A stretch of DNA of 55,839 nucleotides, filler included, from Sphacelaria rigidula (Eukaryota): the NCBI GenBank assembly GCA_964200075.2. It is 5 parts of 5 records of this genome, joined end to end, with 100 filler letters (N's around TTAATTAATTAA, not from the genome) between each part and the next. Parts side by side here need not be neighbours in the genome. Positions count along the whole stretch, not along the records: positions 22,378 to 33,465 come from CAXNAA020005412.1; positions 33,566 to 44,653 come from CAXNAA020005413.1; 3 more parts are not named here. One strand, given 5' to 3'. How positions within the stretch are numbered: the first letter of the stretch is position 1; each line of letters opens with the position of its first letter. The translations under genes and the position numbers were made by a program. Positions 25,110-37,789 of the stretch are shown piece by piece. The notes under the pieces were generated by a model. It was not told where the DNA came from and ran no database searches. It worked only from the letters and a program-made list of their open reading frames with translations.

Positions 25110-26740
25110 CCTCGCTGTCCCCAGTGTTCATCAAGGCGCGACGGTGCCTCTTGGACAGCGTGATTGGGAGCGGCTTTGTAAGGATATCAGCGTGTTGCCA
25201 CTCCGAATCCACATGAACAATCCTTACTGCTCCCGTCCTAACCAAGTCCCTAATAAAGTGCTACCTCACGTCGATATGCTTACTTCAACCCGAGCTGAGA
25301 GGGTTGTCGGCTAGAGCCTTGGCCCCCTCATTGTCTTCATAACGAACAATGTCATACTCCACTTGTCGTCCCAACACAACTCTTGGTCGTAGAAAAGACA
25401 GTACGGACCTGACAAACATGCATTCCTTCGCCCCTTCAGCCATAGCTACGCACTTGGCTTCGGTGGTTGACAGGGTAACGCAGTGTTGCCTTCGACTAGT
25501 ACTTGATACTGCTATCCCCCCGTACATGACCGCTACCCCGGAAACTGATCGCCGGTCTGTATCTTTCTTGGCGTAATCAGCGTCACAGTAGACCGTGAGC
25601 CTACTTTCCGCTGAACTAAAAGCCAGACCGTAATTTCTGGTCGTGTTGAGGTACGCCAAAACTTTCAACACCCCTCGCCAGTGTCTTTCACATGAGTCAT
25701 GTGATTGTCGGGCCAGGTTTCGGGCTGCATTTGCAATGTCAGGCCTTGTTACCCCAGCTAACCACATCAACCTTCCCACGGCACTCCGGTATGATCTATC
25801 TAAAATCTTGTCACCTCGCTTCACCGGTCCCGAGTCTGCAGATACGGATGCGGGAATATCAGAAAATTCCGTACCCTCGAAACGTTTCAGCATGGTGTCG
25901 ACAAAGGTCGTCTGATTTACGTACATAGTACCTCTTTTCCAGTCCCTCACTATGGCACGCCCCATATACCACTAAACTTCACCTAGGTTGTTTGTCGGGA
26001 ATCTGTTGTTCAGGATATTACATACCCTCTCCACTCTTTTCGTTTCTCCCCCAATTAGAATGTCGTCCACATGCACAACAAGTATGGCACACACTTCCCC
26101 CTGGTCAATGGTCAAACGACTAAGGCAAGCAACAAATGAGTACGCCCCCCCCCTCCTCCAGTCTGTATACACACGGGTCAGCCTTACTTTGCGACATTCC
26201 TCCATCCTCCATCAGTGTTTTGTTCAGGAGGAGGGACCATTGTCTCCCTGCTTGTTTTACGCCGTATATAAATTTTTCCAGCCTAACCGTTCTACCCGTC
26301 AAGTTTCAACACCCCTCTGGGAGCTTCATGAACACGTTGGTGTCCATTTTGGCTTGTACGAAAGCCTGGGTAACGTCGAAGTGATACAGTGGTCATCCTC
26401 TCTGTACTGCCACGGCCATGACCAATTTTNNNNNNNNNNTTTTATTGATGTCATGGCCGGGATGGCTGCAAACGTCTCAAAATAGTCCACCGCGAATCTC
26501 TGGCCAAATCCACGCGCCACTAATCTAGCCTTCGCTTTAGTTACAGCACCATTGGCGTCGGTTTTCCAAGTGAACACCCATTTGGCTGTGATTATGTTTC
26601 CTCCTTTTGGAATATTTCCTGTTGAGAATATACCTGCGGTTTCATGCCTGTTGAGTTCTGCACGCATGGCACTCAACCATATTTCCTTGTATTCCGATTT
26701 TTCTATGTCTCCTACTGTTACGGGGGGAGTTTCCACATCT
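25110..26740 (-). pseudogene. Copia reverse transcriptase-RNase H, frameshifted
   Basis: ORF fragments 26326-26970, 26120-26302, 25972-26205, 25285-25965 and 25063-25245 carry the RT and RNase H motifs in order. Confidence 0.92.
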
Positions 26741-27179
26741 CTCACGTGCAGGCCGATGGGGGAACGCAAACCAAAACTGGGCTCCGCCTCTGTCCCGTTT
26801 TCGGCCGAAAAACAAAAATACTCCTGCCTCCCACCTCTGGTCCTGCTGCTGCAGTGATCAGCTCCGTCATCCCGCACATATCCTTTGCCATTCCATACAG
26901 TACAGTCTCCGCTTGAGCCCTCGCCTGAACCCTCGCCATCGCGCGGGAGAAAAGTTCGTTTCTTTCCCATGCCAGCGTTTCCTCCAGCTCCTCTGCCGCC
27001 GCCGCCGCTAGCTCGCTCCGGTCGGCTGCTGCTGTCGTCGCACTGCGCGTGCGGCCTGCCATTTGTGGAGGCAGAGACGACTCATTGTCGAGTGCAAGAC
27101 GGCGTAGCTCCGTCCTTGGGATTTCGGGAGCTCCACCGCCCCTCCCGTCGTTGCGCTCGGGGGTGTCTACGGTTGTCGG

Positions 27180-27345
27180 TGTTGTCACTGTCGGCGTTGG
27201 CGGCGGCGTTGTTGCTGTCGGCGTTGGCGGCGGCGATGTTGCTGTCGGCGTTGGCGGCGGCGATGTTGCTGTCGGCGGTGGTGTTGCTGTCGGCGGCGAC
27301 GTGACTGTCGGCGGCGATGTGGCTGTCGGCGGCGATGTGGGCGGC
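27180..27345. repeat. 18/24-bp tandem repeat encoding a PPTATSPP linker in the copia element
   Basis: GTTGCTGTCGGCG(TTG)GCGGCGGCGAT units. Confidence 0.8.
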
Positions 27346-29149
27346 GCTGATCCCCCGTCATCAATGAGATGCCGGACAGGGTTGCGTGAAATCCCGCGCC
27401 CCCCCCCGTGTTTGCAATGGAAATCATGTATATCTTCAACTTGGGGATTGGGAAGTTTCCCTGGGGCAATCACAGCGCATGCTGACGCATGCTTGTCATG
27501 ACCTTGTGCATAGATGCGTTGGGCGTACATTATCAATTGTCTGTGCTGACCGGGGATGGCCCCGGACAGCAAGGGCCTGTTCGCCCGGGGAAGCATTCCT
27601 TGCCTTGGCGAGTTCCTGCTTGAAAAGTGCCAATTCGAAACGTTTTCGAACCGACGTCACTACGACTTCCCTCATGAGTGGACCTTCGCGCTCCTCCAAC
27701 GCCTGTTTTTGGTAGTTATACTCGCAAGAAAGCGTATTGACAAATTTCAGGAGGGTTTGCGCCTCCGTCAGGATGATGTTGGTGTCGTGTGACTGTAACT
27801 CTCTCGCCACCTCTTCCATCTCGATTAGTTTTAGAACAGGATCATCGCGAACTCCAATCTTCACGTGATCATATTTTTCTAGAAGAGCTAGTCTAGCTCC
27901 GTTGGTCTTGGGGCTGTACAAATCATTCAACTCACGTCACACAGCCGCAGTAGACGGAATTCGGAACAACCCATCCTGGTCCCGCTTATGTTCGAGGCTC
28001 GCCATCAACATTTGCCTCGCCCTCACGTTTGCCGCTACAGTGCCCTTTCCGTGCCTTGCTTCAAGATAACTCAAGGATAAAGCCTTGTTTCCCATCTCCA
28101 CATTGTATGCCCTATCGTCCCACATAGTGAACACCCAATCAACTGCTTCGCTCCTGGCAAACATGATTATTTCGTGACTGTTGAACTCTTGAATCTTCCC
28201 GGAGAACTTAGGTGCAGTTGCCTTGAAAACTGGGACCCCAGAAATATTTTGGACACTTGGTCGATCGTGACCAAACACTGCGACGGACTGACTTGCGGGG
28301 TCTGCACCCCCTGCTCCGTCGCTTGCTATCCTGTGGTCGATCCCGCTCGGAGCTCCCTGCTCGCCCTCGCGGCTACGTCTTCGGCCTTGAGGTGTGCTGT
28401 GATTTGCTCAGCTGTCAGCCCGGTGTTGTTGTGTTGCTTGATCTTCTTCGCTTTTGACGACGCCACTCCACCTCGCGCCTCCGGACTCTCGATCTTCGAT
28501 GCCATCTACGCTACCCTGTATTACAATCTGTGTAAATTGTACATATCTGACCATCTCGGTCAGTGAACTAAACTGACCATCGAACAGACACATCATGCTT
28601 TCAAGTTGATTTGTCAGTCCGTCCAATCTTTCTTCTAAAGACGGAGCGTTGCCATCATATCCTAGCCATACTTGCCCAATCGATTGATCACTAGTGTATT
28701 CCTGGGCTCAGGCACAGGGTAATGGTTTTTTATCTTTTATTGAAAAGCACCCAAGTTCTACTGTAACTTGGGAGAGTGCTGATGAGATGGAGAGTAGTTG
28801 AACGGGAGCAGGCAAGGGTGGCGGTCAGCTCCGCTGCTCTCAGCCGTACTGTACCACATTTTGCACACACTTGACTGTCGGTACTCGTACGTCACCCCGA
28901 TCCCCGGTTCTACGTAGATCCATCATTACTGGGTATCTGAACCACTCGAACACCGCAGTCATCAGAACCCCAAAAACATTGTTGTGTGTCATCCGCCCAA
29001 CGCCGTTGCATCAGTCTACTTGAACTGCGCAATCCACTGTCCAGGGAAGAGCGCTTCGATGGTGCTGGATCTTATGATGGCTGTCCACCCAGACAATCAT
29101 CGCCGTCGAGCTGTGCTCCTTACTCTTATTCCGACGGTCCGCCCTCGCC

Positions 29150-29950
29150 ATCGCTCAGGTCAGCAGCCTTGAGCTCCCCGACAATGCCCAAGATTTTGGC
29201 TTCGGGTCGGGAAATGACGTGTGCAAATTTTACCATTTTTTTTTCCTGGGTAAGCCATGTGCACCGGCAGGTCGAGGACCGGTCGTGCCCCATCAATATG
29301 CCCCGCTTCGCATATGGGTGGAACTCCGCGGCGGCGGCGCGCTGCTACTTGTGGCGGTGCATGACACAATCCGATCCCCAAGCACAAAGCCGTTCGAGGT
29401 TGAAATGTCGTCCCGTCAGCCTTTCAAATGCGGTCTCGCCCCAGAGATACCTGTGGGGCATTCCTGCGGTCCAAAGTGCCGCGTCCGCTACGGCGAAGAA
29501 GCAGCAGTCCTCTCCGCGTCCTCCTTTCACCAGTTCGCTGCGTATTATCCCTATCAGTTGCTGAATTGCACGCTCAGTTATTCCATTCGCTGCGGTGTGC
29601 TTGGCGGTAAGCGGGGCCATGTTATCTCGTGGTTGGCGATGCGTTGAAATTTTATAGACCGCCCAAGTTCCTCTGTTGCCGTCTCTGCTGTTTCATCTGA
29701 TGGGCATTCCTTCGCGAGCCGATATTTTTTATGTAGCATGTGGTGGGATCGGTAACGGCATCTCGTGTCTCAAGCCCGACACCATGCTTATCCCGACACT
29801 TGGAAGTACTTCATACGCGTAACATCAGCGTGCAAGGTACGTTCACGGTCGGTGTGGACAACCTCGCCTGGAATTTTGGAACTCCAACCGCCGCGCCCGT
29901 ACGTAGCTAAGCGTCTCGGATGTATATTTCTTGCAGACGCTGCAGCGCAT
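29150..29950 (-). pseudogene. Integrase fragment of a separate, older copia-like element
   Basis: TAKHTAANGITERAIQQL...GETAFERLTGR...LERLCAWGS matches the rve NGxxER motif and downstream region; lies outside the LTR pair. Boundaries approximate. Confidence 0.7.
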
Positions 29951-30269
29951 CTCAGAAGTGACCGTAGAGTCGGTTACAGTCATTAGCCGACGGTTCTCGG
30001 AGTGCTTCATGGCCGCTGGATCGATATGACTTAAGGTGTGTCATTGCTTCGATGTCAGGCGCTGCTCTTTATTTGCGAACGAAGAGTGCACCGACATCGT
30101 TGCCATTCCCCTTCATGGATGTCGAGAGGATCAGGAACCCTCCATCGTTGGTGAGGGGATCTTTGGTCCATTTGCTTTGAGCTGAAGGCAGCTCTCCTTC
30201 CTACCAGAATCCACAAGTTCTCCCCCGTCACACAACATCGCTCCTGTGCTCAGCAGGCGGCAAGGAAGC

Positions 30270-30975
30270 CGGGATCTTACAAATTGGGGATGGATCTTTC
30301 ATTGGGGATGAGAGACCCGGAGAACTTAAGTCTTCGTATCCACACCAAATCTTCGAAATATGGTTCCATTTCCTCACCTACTGATTGCTATTGCCAACTG
30401 CTACACGCCATAGGAATTTGGATTTCGATCACCGAAATGTTGGAGTCCTAGGTGAAAAATCAATCTCGGAATCAATCGGAATTCCCCAGAATTGGTTTTT
30501 CACCTAGAACCCTAACATTTCCGCGATCGAAATCCAAATTTCTATGGCGTGTAGCAGTGGTCAATAGCAATCAGTAGACGAAGAAATGGAGCCATATTTC
30601 AAAGATTTGATGTGGTGCCGCTGCGCCCCGGCGATGTAATGTCCGACTGCCGCCGTTAGGGTGGAGAAAACGGGGGTTCAATTCCTGATGCGTTGGGTTT
30701 TTTCTTCGCAATTCATTATTTCCACTGTAAAAAGCGTGAAAACGTGAGTAAACAAAGTGGTCGACTAGGTTTGTGTGACGTAAGTTGACGTGGTGCGGGA
30801 GTGCTGACCCAATCCGNNNNNNNNNNGAGAGATGAGTTGATCCCTTGAGACCACGGACTCATCCCGAGGAAGGGGAGGGTTTCAAAGTGTGAGGAAAAAA
30901 AGAAAAAACGAAGATGTTAATTCTCCGGGTTTCTCATCCCCAATAAAAGATCCGTCCCCAATTTGTAAGATCCCG
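30270..30975. mobile_element. Non-autonomous TIR element with ~58-bp TIRs
   Basis: CGGGATCTTACAAATTGGGGATGGATC... at 30270 and its reverse complement ending at 30975. Confidence 0.75.
30340..30615. mobile_element. Hairpin MITE nested in the previous element
   Basis: ~125-bp inverted arms CCACACCAAATCTT... / ...AAGATTTGATGTGG with a short loop. Confidence 0.75.
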
Positions 30976-31019
30976 TGTCAAGGTCGTCCAGGGATCCAAA
31001 GTGCATCCCACAGGGTGAC

Positions 31020-32930
31020 CTTTGTCTGAGCCTCCTTGCCTCGAAACTTCACGTTCGATGGGATTTCTCCCACGGCCCGTGCCTACAGCTGCGCCTTGCT
31101 CTCAAACGCACGGCTTCGATTGACCGGACGCGTTCCTGAGCTCGTCTTTCCGGGAAGTCATGTGCATATTCGCTACCGAGACGTTGATAATCGATTCCTC
31201 TGTGACTGTTGGCCGACGGTGTGCACTTGTGAGGTGTTGTTTGATGTAGTCGTGGCGCGCTTCCTCGCAGTGCACCGTTTTATAGCGGAGCAAGACAATT
31301 GTCACGAGAGATCTTGATGGGTTGAGCAGACGACGTACCCGAGTGGGGCACTGCATCGCCGTGCTTTTCGTTATTCATTCAGACGTCACCCGCTGGTGTA
31401 CAGCTTTATCTGAACCTTCGCTCTCTGAATCTCAGCCCTAAACCCCAACTGTAGAGCTTACAATATAGAGCCGCGGAGCCGGTCTGGCTAGACTAAACAC
31501 TGGCTACAGCACTGGTTCCCGGAGCGTTCCTGTCGGTACTTTGTACTGAACCGCACTGGCTCCTACCAGGCTGGTTGACTATATGCCCGAGAATCCACGT
31601 ATGAGATCTATGTCCAATACATAATCTGCACAGACGGGAACCGGGGCACTTTAGATATTTGTCGAGAACTCGCTTGTCTCGACTAACACGTCCACGGTCA
31701 TGAGTGCTTTGGGTCTATTCTTCCTTCCATTTGTTCTGCCGTTTTGTGGAGGGGGTGAGAACGTTTGTCCTGGGTTCATCCCCGTGGACCGTTTAGCCGG
31801 AGCTTTCCCTTCAAACGTGGAAACGGCATTCTCGCCACGTATGATTCTGCTTCAAGTAGTACGCGCAATAAATGCTATCGAGACCCGAGTGGACTTTGCT
31901 GTAAGCGCTTCTCGATTGAAACGCTTCGTCGCAGCGCTCCACGTCTGATGTCAAGCGCGTTACCGAGGCTACGAGTGGTCGTTTTAGCGGATTGCACGCC
32001 ATACCGTTGGATACACATGTGGGGGAGCGCCTCCTTGATCCCAATCACAAGTCTTCTCTGCTCTGGCATTCTCGACCGCCTCATAGTCCTCCCAGACAGT
32101 GTCCAGCTTTGCCTTAAAACCTGGTTCTTCTGATACAACATAAGTAGTTGCACAGGCTCTTCATCCAGTGGGCGTCTTGCATACATGCGCCCGAGCTTCA
32201 CCAGGCTTCCCTGCTGTCGGGTTGCCATCGCTCGCCTCGTGCGACGGTGGCTGTTGTTGACCCCTTCGTAGCCTGTGCCAGGGGGAACCACTTTAGGTTG
32301 TGAGGGAGCGTTTCGTACGCCCTACGCCGATCCGGAGTTGTCGTCGCTGTCGGAACGCCCGGTGTAGCGTAATCCTCTCGTAGCAGAGGGTACACCCGCT
32401 TCCCCCCTGCCGACGATAGCGAGTCTCCATGCTTCCCACATTTCTCGCGAGTGCTCACGAGCGCGCGTCCAGATGGCAGGTTGCGTAGTTCTGTCTCCAT
32501 GTTCTTCGAGGCTCACTAAGTTATGCACTCGTTAGGTATGTTGTGCGGCCGTGGCGCGCTTCCTCGCAGTGCACAAGTTGCAGCGAGACAATGGCCTCAA
32601 GAGATCTTGATGGATTGAGCACACCTCTGACCCGCAATGGGGCGCTGCATTGCCGGGCTTTTGTTACTTCTTCAGAGTTCGCCTCCTGCGTGAAGCATAG
32701 TCTTTTCTGAATCTTCTCTCTAAACGTCAGCTCTGAAGTCCAACTAGAGAGTTTCCAAAATGGAGCCACGGAGCCGTTCTGGCTTGGCTGAAGCCTCCGG
32801 GCTACAGTGCTGATTCCCGAACCGTTTCTGGTAGTGCCTCGCACTATACCGTGCTGGCTCCTACTAGGCTAGTTGATTACACGTTCGAGAATCTACTAAT
32901 AAGATTTATGTCCAACACATTATCTACACA
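31020..32930 (-). pseudogene. Highly decayed retroelement gag-region remnants with an internal diverged duplication
   Basis: Degenerate knuckle CAYYLKQNHTWREC; ~31240-31630 is homologous to ~32540-32925. Confidence 0.5.
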
Positions 32931-33422
32931 ATAATTACGAGTCGCACAGTTTCTGCCACTCGAAGCTTTTGTTATGTTGCCACCCACATAAGCCAATGCT
33001 GCTCTCCGCAGGGACATGCTGCTTGGTAATGCTTCTTACCCTATCCAATTGTTACTGAAACGTTGTCGTCCACACAAAACAGATGCTGACAGGAAACCAC
33101 TTAATTACGTATTTGCAACTACTGAGGCGACTGAAAAGTACTCAAACTGATCCCTGTGCTACGCGCTTCAGCGCCAGATTGCGCAAAATACAGCCTTTGT
33201 CCTACTTCGACCAGCGGTCATAAAATCTATATTTTTCGCCCACAGGTACTCGAGAAATCGAAATTGTCGTGCTTGCTGGTCGTACAGTATGTGTGATGCT
33301 TTCTCTCCTCGACGGAAGCCTGTTGTGCCCGATGATTCACGGCTTTCGCCCTTCTTGGCAAAAGGGTCTTGGGAATAGGGTCAGAGTCAGGGCTCGATTC
33401 ATGTCGGCTTAATGTTGCCCGG

Positions 33423-33465
33423 GAGCAATGCTACGGTAGGGGTGCACTTTTTTCGCGAAATTGTG
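33423..33465 (+). mobile_element. MITE family B terminus cut by a gap
   Basis: GAGCAATGCTACGGTAGGGGTGCACTTTTTTCGCGAAATT, identical to 19258-19297. Confidence 0.8.
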
Positions 33466-36400
33466 NNNNNNNNNNNNNNNNNNNNNNNNNNNNNNNNNNN
33501 NNNNNNNNNTTAATTAATTAANNNNNNNNNNNNNNNNNNNNNNNNNNNNNNNNNNNNNNNNNNNNTGGTCCAAGGGGTATCCACGCAACGTTTGGGCTAT
33601 TCCACGTGTGTGGGCAGCGTTCACCTGGGTTGCAACGCTGAAATAAAGCCTAGGGTTTGATTCGTCACGAGTCGACCCATTATACTAAAACCAAGTAATT
33701 TACAGACGAATCATTATTTGTCCCGACCCTTGAAATATTTCAAAGGCACATGAGCAAATGAGCGCGCTAGAAGGCCACCCCGCTTCGGGAAGTGATGCAA
33801 GAAAGTTCAAGAAGGTAACAGGTGTGCAGCAGCGCTTCGCTACAGTCGAGCAAAATGAGGGAAACTTTCCGTCCTCCTTGAATTCGTCAGCCGTGGGTAA
33901 GGTTGAGGGCGGCAAGCTCACCCCTGGGTTTCCTGGCGCATTTTCTCAAGTGTATCGACTCGTGCATTTACTCCGTTAACTGTCAGAGACGGCGGGAAAA
34001 TTAAGAAACCCAGGCACGTCACCACACCACCGTACTGTGACGCTCGGAATGTTTTCACGTTGCCGACTTTTCAACAGATTAATAAATGGATGAACGGTTG
34101 GGTTGGAGCTGGGTTTTTATTCTTCGATAGATCGAGAGAAATGTTTAGGTTCAGGGGGTTTGTTGGTGTTGAGGTTCCTTGGTAAAAGGGGAACACAAAA
34201 TTATGCAGGCATGGTCCCCCAACGAGAACCATTTTCAACCCCTCCCCTTATGAAAAAGGCCTCGTTTCAGCATCAAAATAGGCGCACGGGCGCTCAAGGT
34301 GTTGGAAGTTCTCGTCATATCCGTAAACGGTGGGAATGATCACCATCCGCTTACGTGGTCAGCTATGGATCCACCGATGGTAACAAGATGGAAAGATGGG
34401 AATGAATACCCTTCACTCATGGTCAGCTATGGACTCATTTACGGTGACAAGATGCACGTCCTCAGGGCCAACACCTCATCACGGCTATCATTTGTTATTC
34501 GTGTTACTATCGGGGATGGTTCGAAATGTGCACCAGTTCAGTTCGGTACAGACAGTACAAAAAGGTGCGATGCAGCACGGTTGACGTCAAACACGGGTGA
34601 GCAGGTCCGTGTCGAGAACGCTTGGTACATCATAGAAATAACCCCAACCTGTGGAACCCGACGGTAGATTACCAAGGTTACTCAGGAATTTATACGAAGG
34701 GTAAGTGATATTGATCCAAAACCTAGCCTGCCTTGCGGTTGGAGAGTTGACCGTCCACAGTGTACGGTATAGCAGCCAGTCAGTGTAGCGGCAATGCCAT
34801 ATCCATGGACCCGGCGCGCTACGAAGGGGTGGTGTATGGTGACTGTTAGTTCGCAAACTCCCTCACGGTACTAAACCTGTACCCTTTTGAGTTGTCGCGC
34901 AACATACATACAGACCAGGATCTCCAAACACAACGCAGGAACAAAGATGTTAACACTAAACCATATTGTGCTTCAAATGATACATCAAGTTCTCGATGCG
35001 TATACTGTACTCGTTCTCTCGTCCCAAGGAAGCAGCATGTGAAATACAAGACAAACTAAGTACGATACTTTACAGTTGTAGCCTGTGGGCAGGTGAGCGG
35101 ATTTTGCGCGGACCCCTGAAGCGTGCCGGTGGGACGCTCCACGTTCCGTACAGAGGTGAGTGAGTTCGTAAGTCCTGGATAATGTACGGTTTTTTACCAC
35201 GTATTGCCCTTTTTCCCTTCATGTGTTGTGTATGTACCTCGGGTCTTGCGGTGATGGCTCGCCAAACAGCTACTTGTACGATAGGAAACTAGAAATGGGA
35301 ACCGTTCGTCAGATCAACAGCTAGGCATCTCAGCTCTTCATCTGCTAACGCTAACCCGAATGCAAGAATGGGCGTGAGGCCAAAGCCAGCGAGAGCATGG
35401 GGTTTTGTAGTGGATCCGTACCACCCTGTCTCAGACAAGCTTCCGCGCTTACACGGTTGCACGCTGAAGTAGTTTTTGCTGTTTGCTACACGATGCAAGT
35501 CGGAGCTCAGTTGAGAAAAAGGTGTGCAACCAACCCGTACACATTAACATCTGACCTTTAGTACAATGTTTGTCTCATGTCCACCCGAATAGAGGGGGAA
35601 AAGGCTCACCAAGAAAGCATAATGTGTCAAGTTGTGCCGCCATCACGGAGGAGAGGGCAAACCGTAGACACACCAACGCTCGACTAAAGTGTCAAGTAAG
35701 TGGAGAGACATTATCCTCTCCTGGGTTTGAGTGGAAGGAACAGAAAAGAAATGCACACACATGATGTGGAGATGGAACTTTGCTGTGTGGTACTGGGAAA
35801 AAGTCAGACTTTCGACTTTCGACCGCCTGAGGTCAGAACACAAGTTTTTCGAGGGTACTTGGGGCAACAGAAGAGGCGCATGCTGGAGAGATAAAAACGC
35901 CAGGACACGTCTGTCGCAGGTGACGTTACTGGTGGAACCAAACATGCAAAAACTCTCTGGTACACATCATGAGGCGAAAGTGCTGAAGTTCGAGAAGATG
36001 CAGACGGGGGGCTGCTACCTAATGAACGTGAAATGATTTGGTTTCGAGACGACGGTGGTATGGGGTGGAGTATGGACAGCCTGTATGTACACAAGAGCGG
36101 GCAGGCGGCTCAATTGGTAAATAGCAAGTGCTTCGGTGTCAAGAAGTCACTGAGCGATTGTTAAATGACGAATGATTAGGAAAGAGCTCTTCAGCATAAT
36201 CCCATCCTCCACCTGATGTCAAGAGCATGCAGGAGAGAGCAATAACCACTGCGTGGTGTACATGCAAGGTGCCGCCTCGTGCGCTATTATTTGGAATCAA
36301 CCATACTCGCTGATGAGCTTGGAACGATGGGAGACTGTACGGTTTCACTTTCTTCGAAATAGGGAAGACGGCAGCAAGTATCAGGAGAAAGAGGCGATTT

Positions 36401-37102
36401 TACGAATAAAATGGCGCGACCAGCGCCCACACCCAAACGGCCACGCACTTCACCAACCCATGTTCACACAAGACACGCCGCAAAGTAACATGACAACAGG
36501 AGCTTCTCACACGATCACCAAGCACGACGTAGGGTCGCTCATTGGAATTCTACATGCATGCTCTCGCGAGAGGCGGAATCGTGTTTCGTACGTTCGCAGA
36601 TAATCATTTTTTAGATCGGCAAAAATTCTCAGGAGCATCATGGTTGGAATGTGACAGTGGGTAGACAGACGTTGCATTTTTCCGATGGGGGGGGTGGGGG
36701 GGGGGTGGGACGGGTGACCCGAAAGGACAACCGCATTACAAGCCGAACACGAATACCTCGCCTCTTCTGCTCCTCATACAAAATGGGGCATTACAACACG
36801 GCGGGGTGTAACACGGTATGGCAGAACACATGGACTCGCGGGTTTCAATAGTGCCCGGCCGTCCTCGGTCCCCTTCGTCGACCGTTCGTTGCACGAAAAA
36901 TGTATGTCGACAGGCGTTCTCTCGTGTCGTGGGTTGACAGGAAAAAATAAGCTCATCTTCACCTACTTCATGAAGCGGTCATGACGAGCATCGCGGGCAT
37001 CGAGCATCGCGATGCTCACGACAGAGCGATCACGTGGTAGTCAACAGTAGCTCAACATGACAGTCCGAATATCCCTACGTCATGTCTAGGTCTTTCACTT
37101 AC

Positions 37103-37789
37103 ATTCTCGAGTGCCTGCGTTAGCGCCTTGTCCGCGTCCCCAAAGCGTCCTTCGATAAGCCACCAATAGCTCATTATTGAGGCTGCCAATCCGAGACCAA
37201 CAAGAAGATTAAGCCGAGTCATGAGCCCCAGGCCAACACTGCAGTGTGACCCATTGCTCAGATACGAAGCTTTAAGCATCTTGTAGGTGAAGATCGCGAA
37301 GAATGACGCCACAGCTTGCATGGCCACCACCCCACCACCTGCTTCACTGCCCCCGTTAGATTCATCGGCCTGAGTAGGGTTGTGGGTCTTTTGGAATACA
37401 CCTGAAATAGGGTACGTCGAATCGAACGCCAAAAACGACTGTTCGGCATCGAGATTCGACTTCAGGGCCTCCGCGTCTTCCTCGTACGCTGCGACGGCTT
37501 CGGGACACCCCACGGTGTGCATCATCGTCTCGTAGGTGAACTTCTGCCAGCCGATGGCCACCTTAACGTAGTCCTGGCCCGTGACGCAAGCGGCTGTGGA
37601 GCTTGACGCCCCCGTAGTGGAAGCGGATGGCACACACGAACACCGGTCTATCTCGTACTCGAAGTAATTTTTTGAGATGCCCAAAATTACCGAAGGGAAC
37701 ATCGCCACCGCCGACAACAAGTACCCCACAATCGTCACCCTAAAAAAAGTACGGCCTACGGCCTGAACGGCAGCGTTACCTCCGCCCAT
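37103..37789 (-). CDS. Large exon (229 codons) of an uncharacterised multi-pass membrane protein; other exons not identified
   Basis: Stop-free with GC3-rich codons; three hydrophobic segments and a Cys-containing loop; acceptor ctgctgcag just upstream of the ATG; donor AAT|gtaagt. Confidence 0.7.

Larger units (their letters stand above)
24538..28952 (-). mobile_element. Ty1/copia LTR retrotransposon with internal deletion (protease and most of integrase missing)
   Basis: ~258-bp LTRs at 24538-24795 and 28695-28952; gag remnants 27496-28278; RT motifs KARLVARGF, YGVKQAGRQW, VVHVDD; RNase H motifs YCDADYA, STTEA, EDNEGA, ADILTKPL. Confidence 0.92.
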
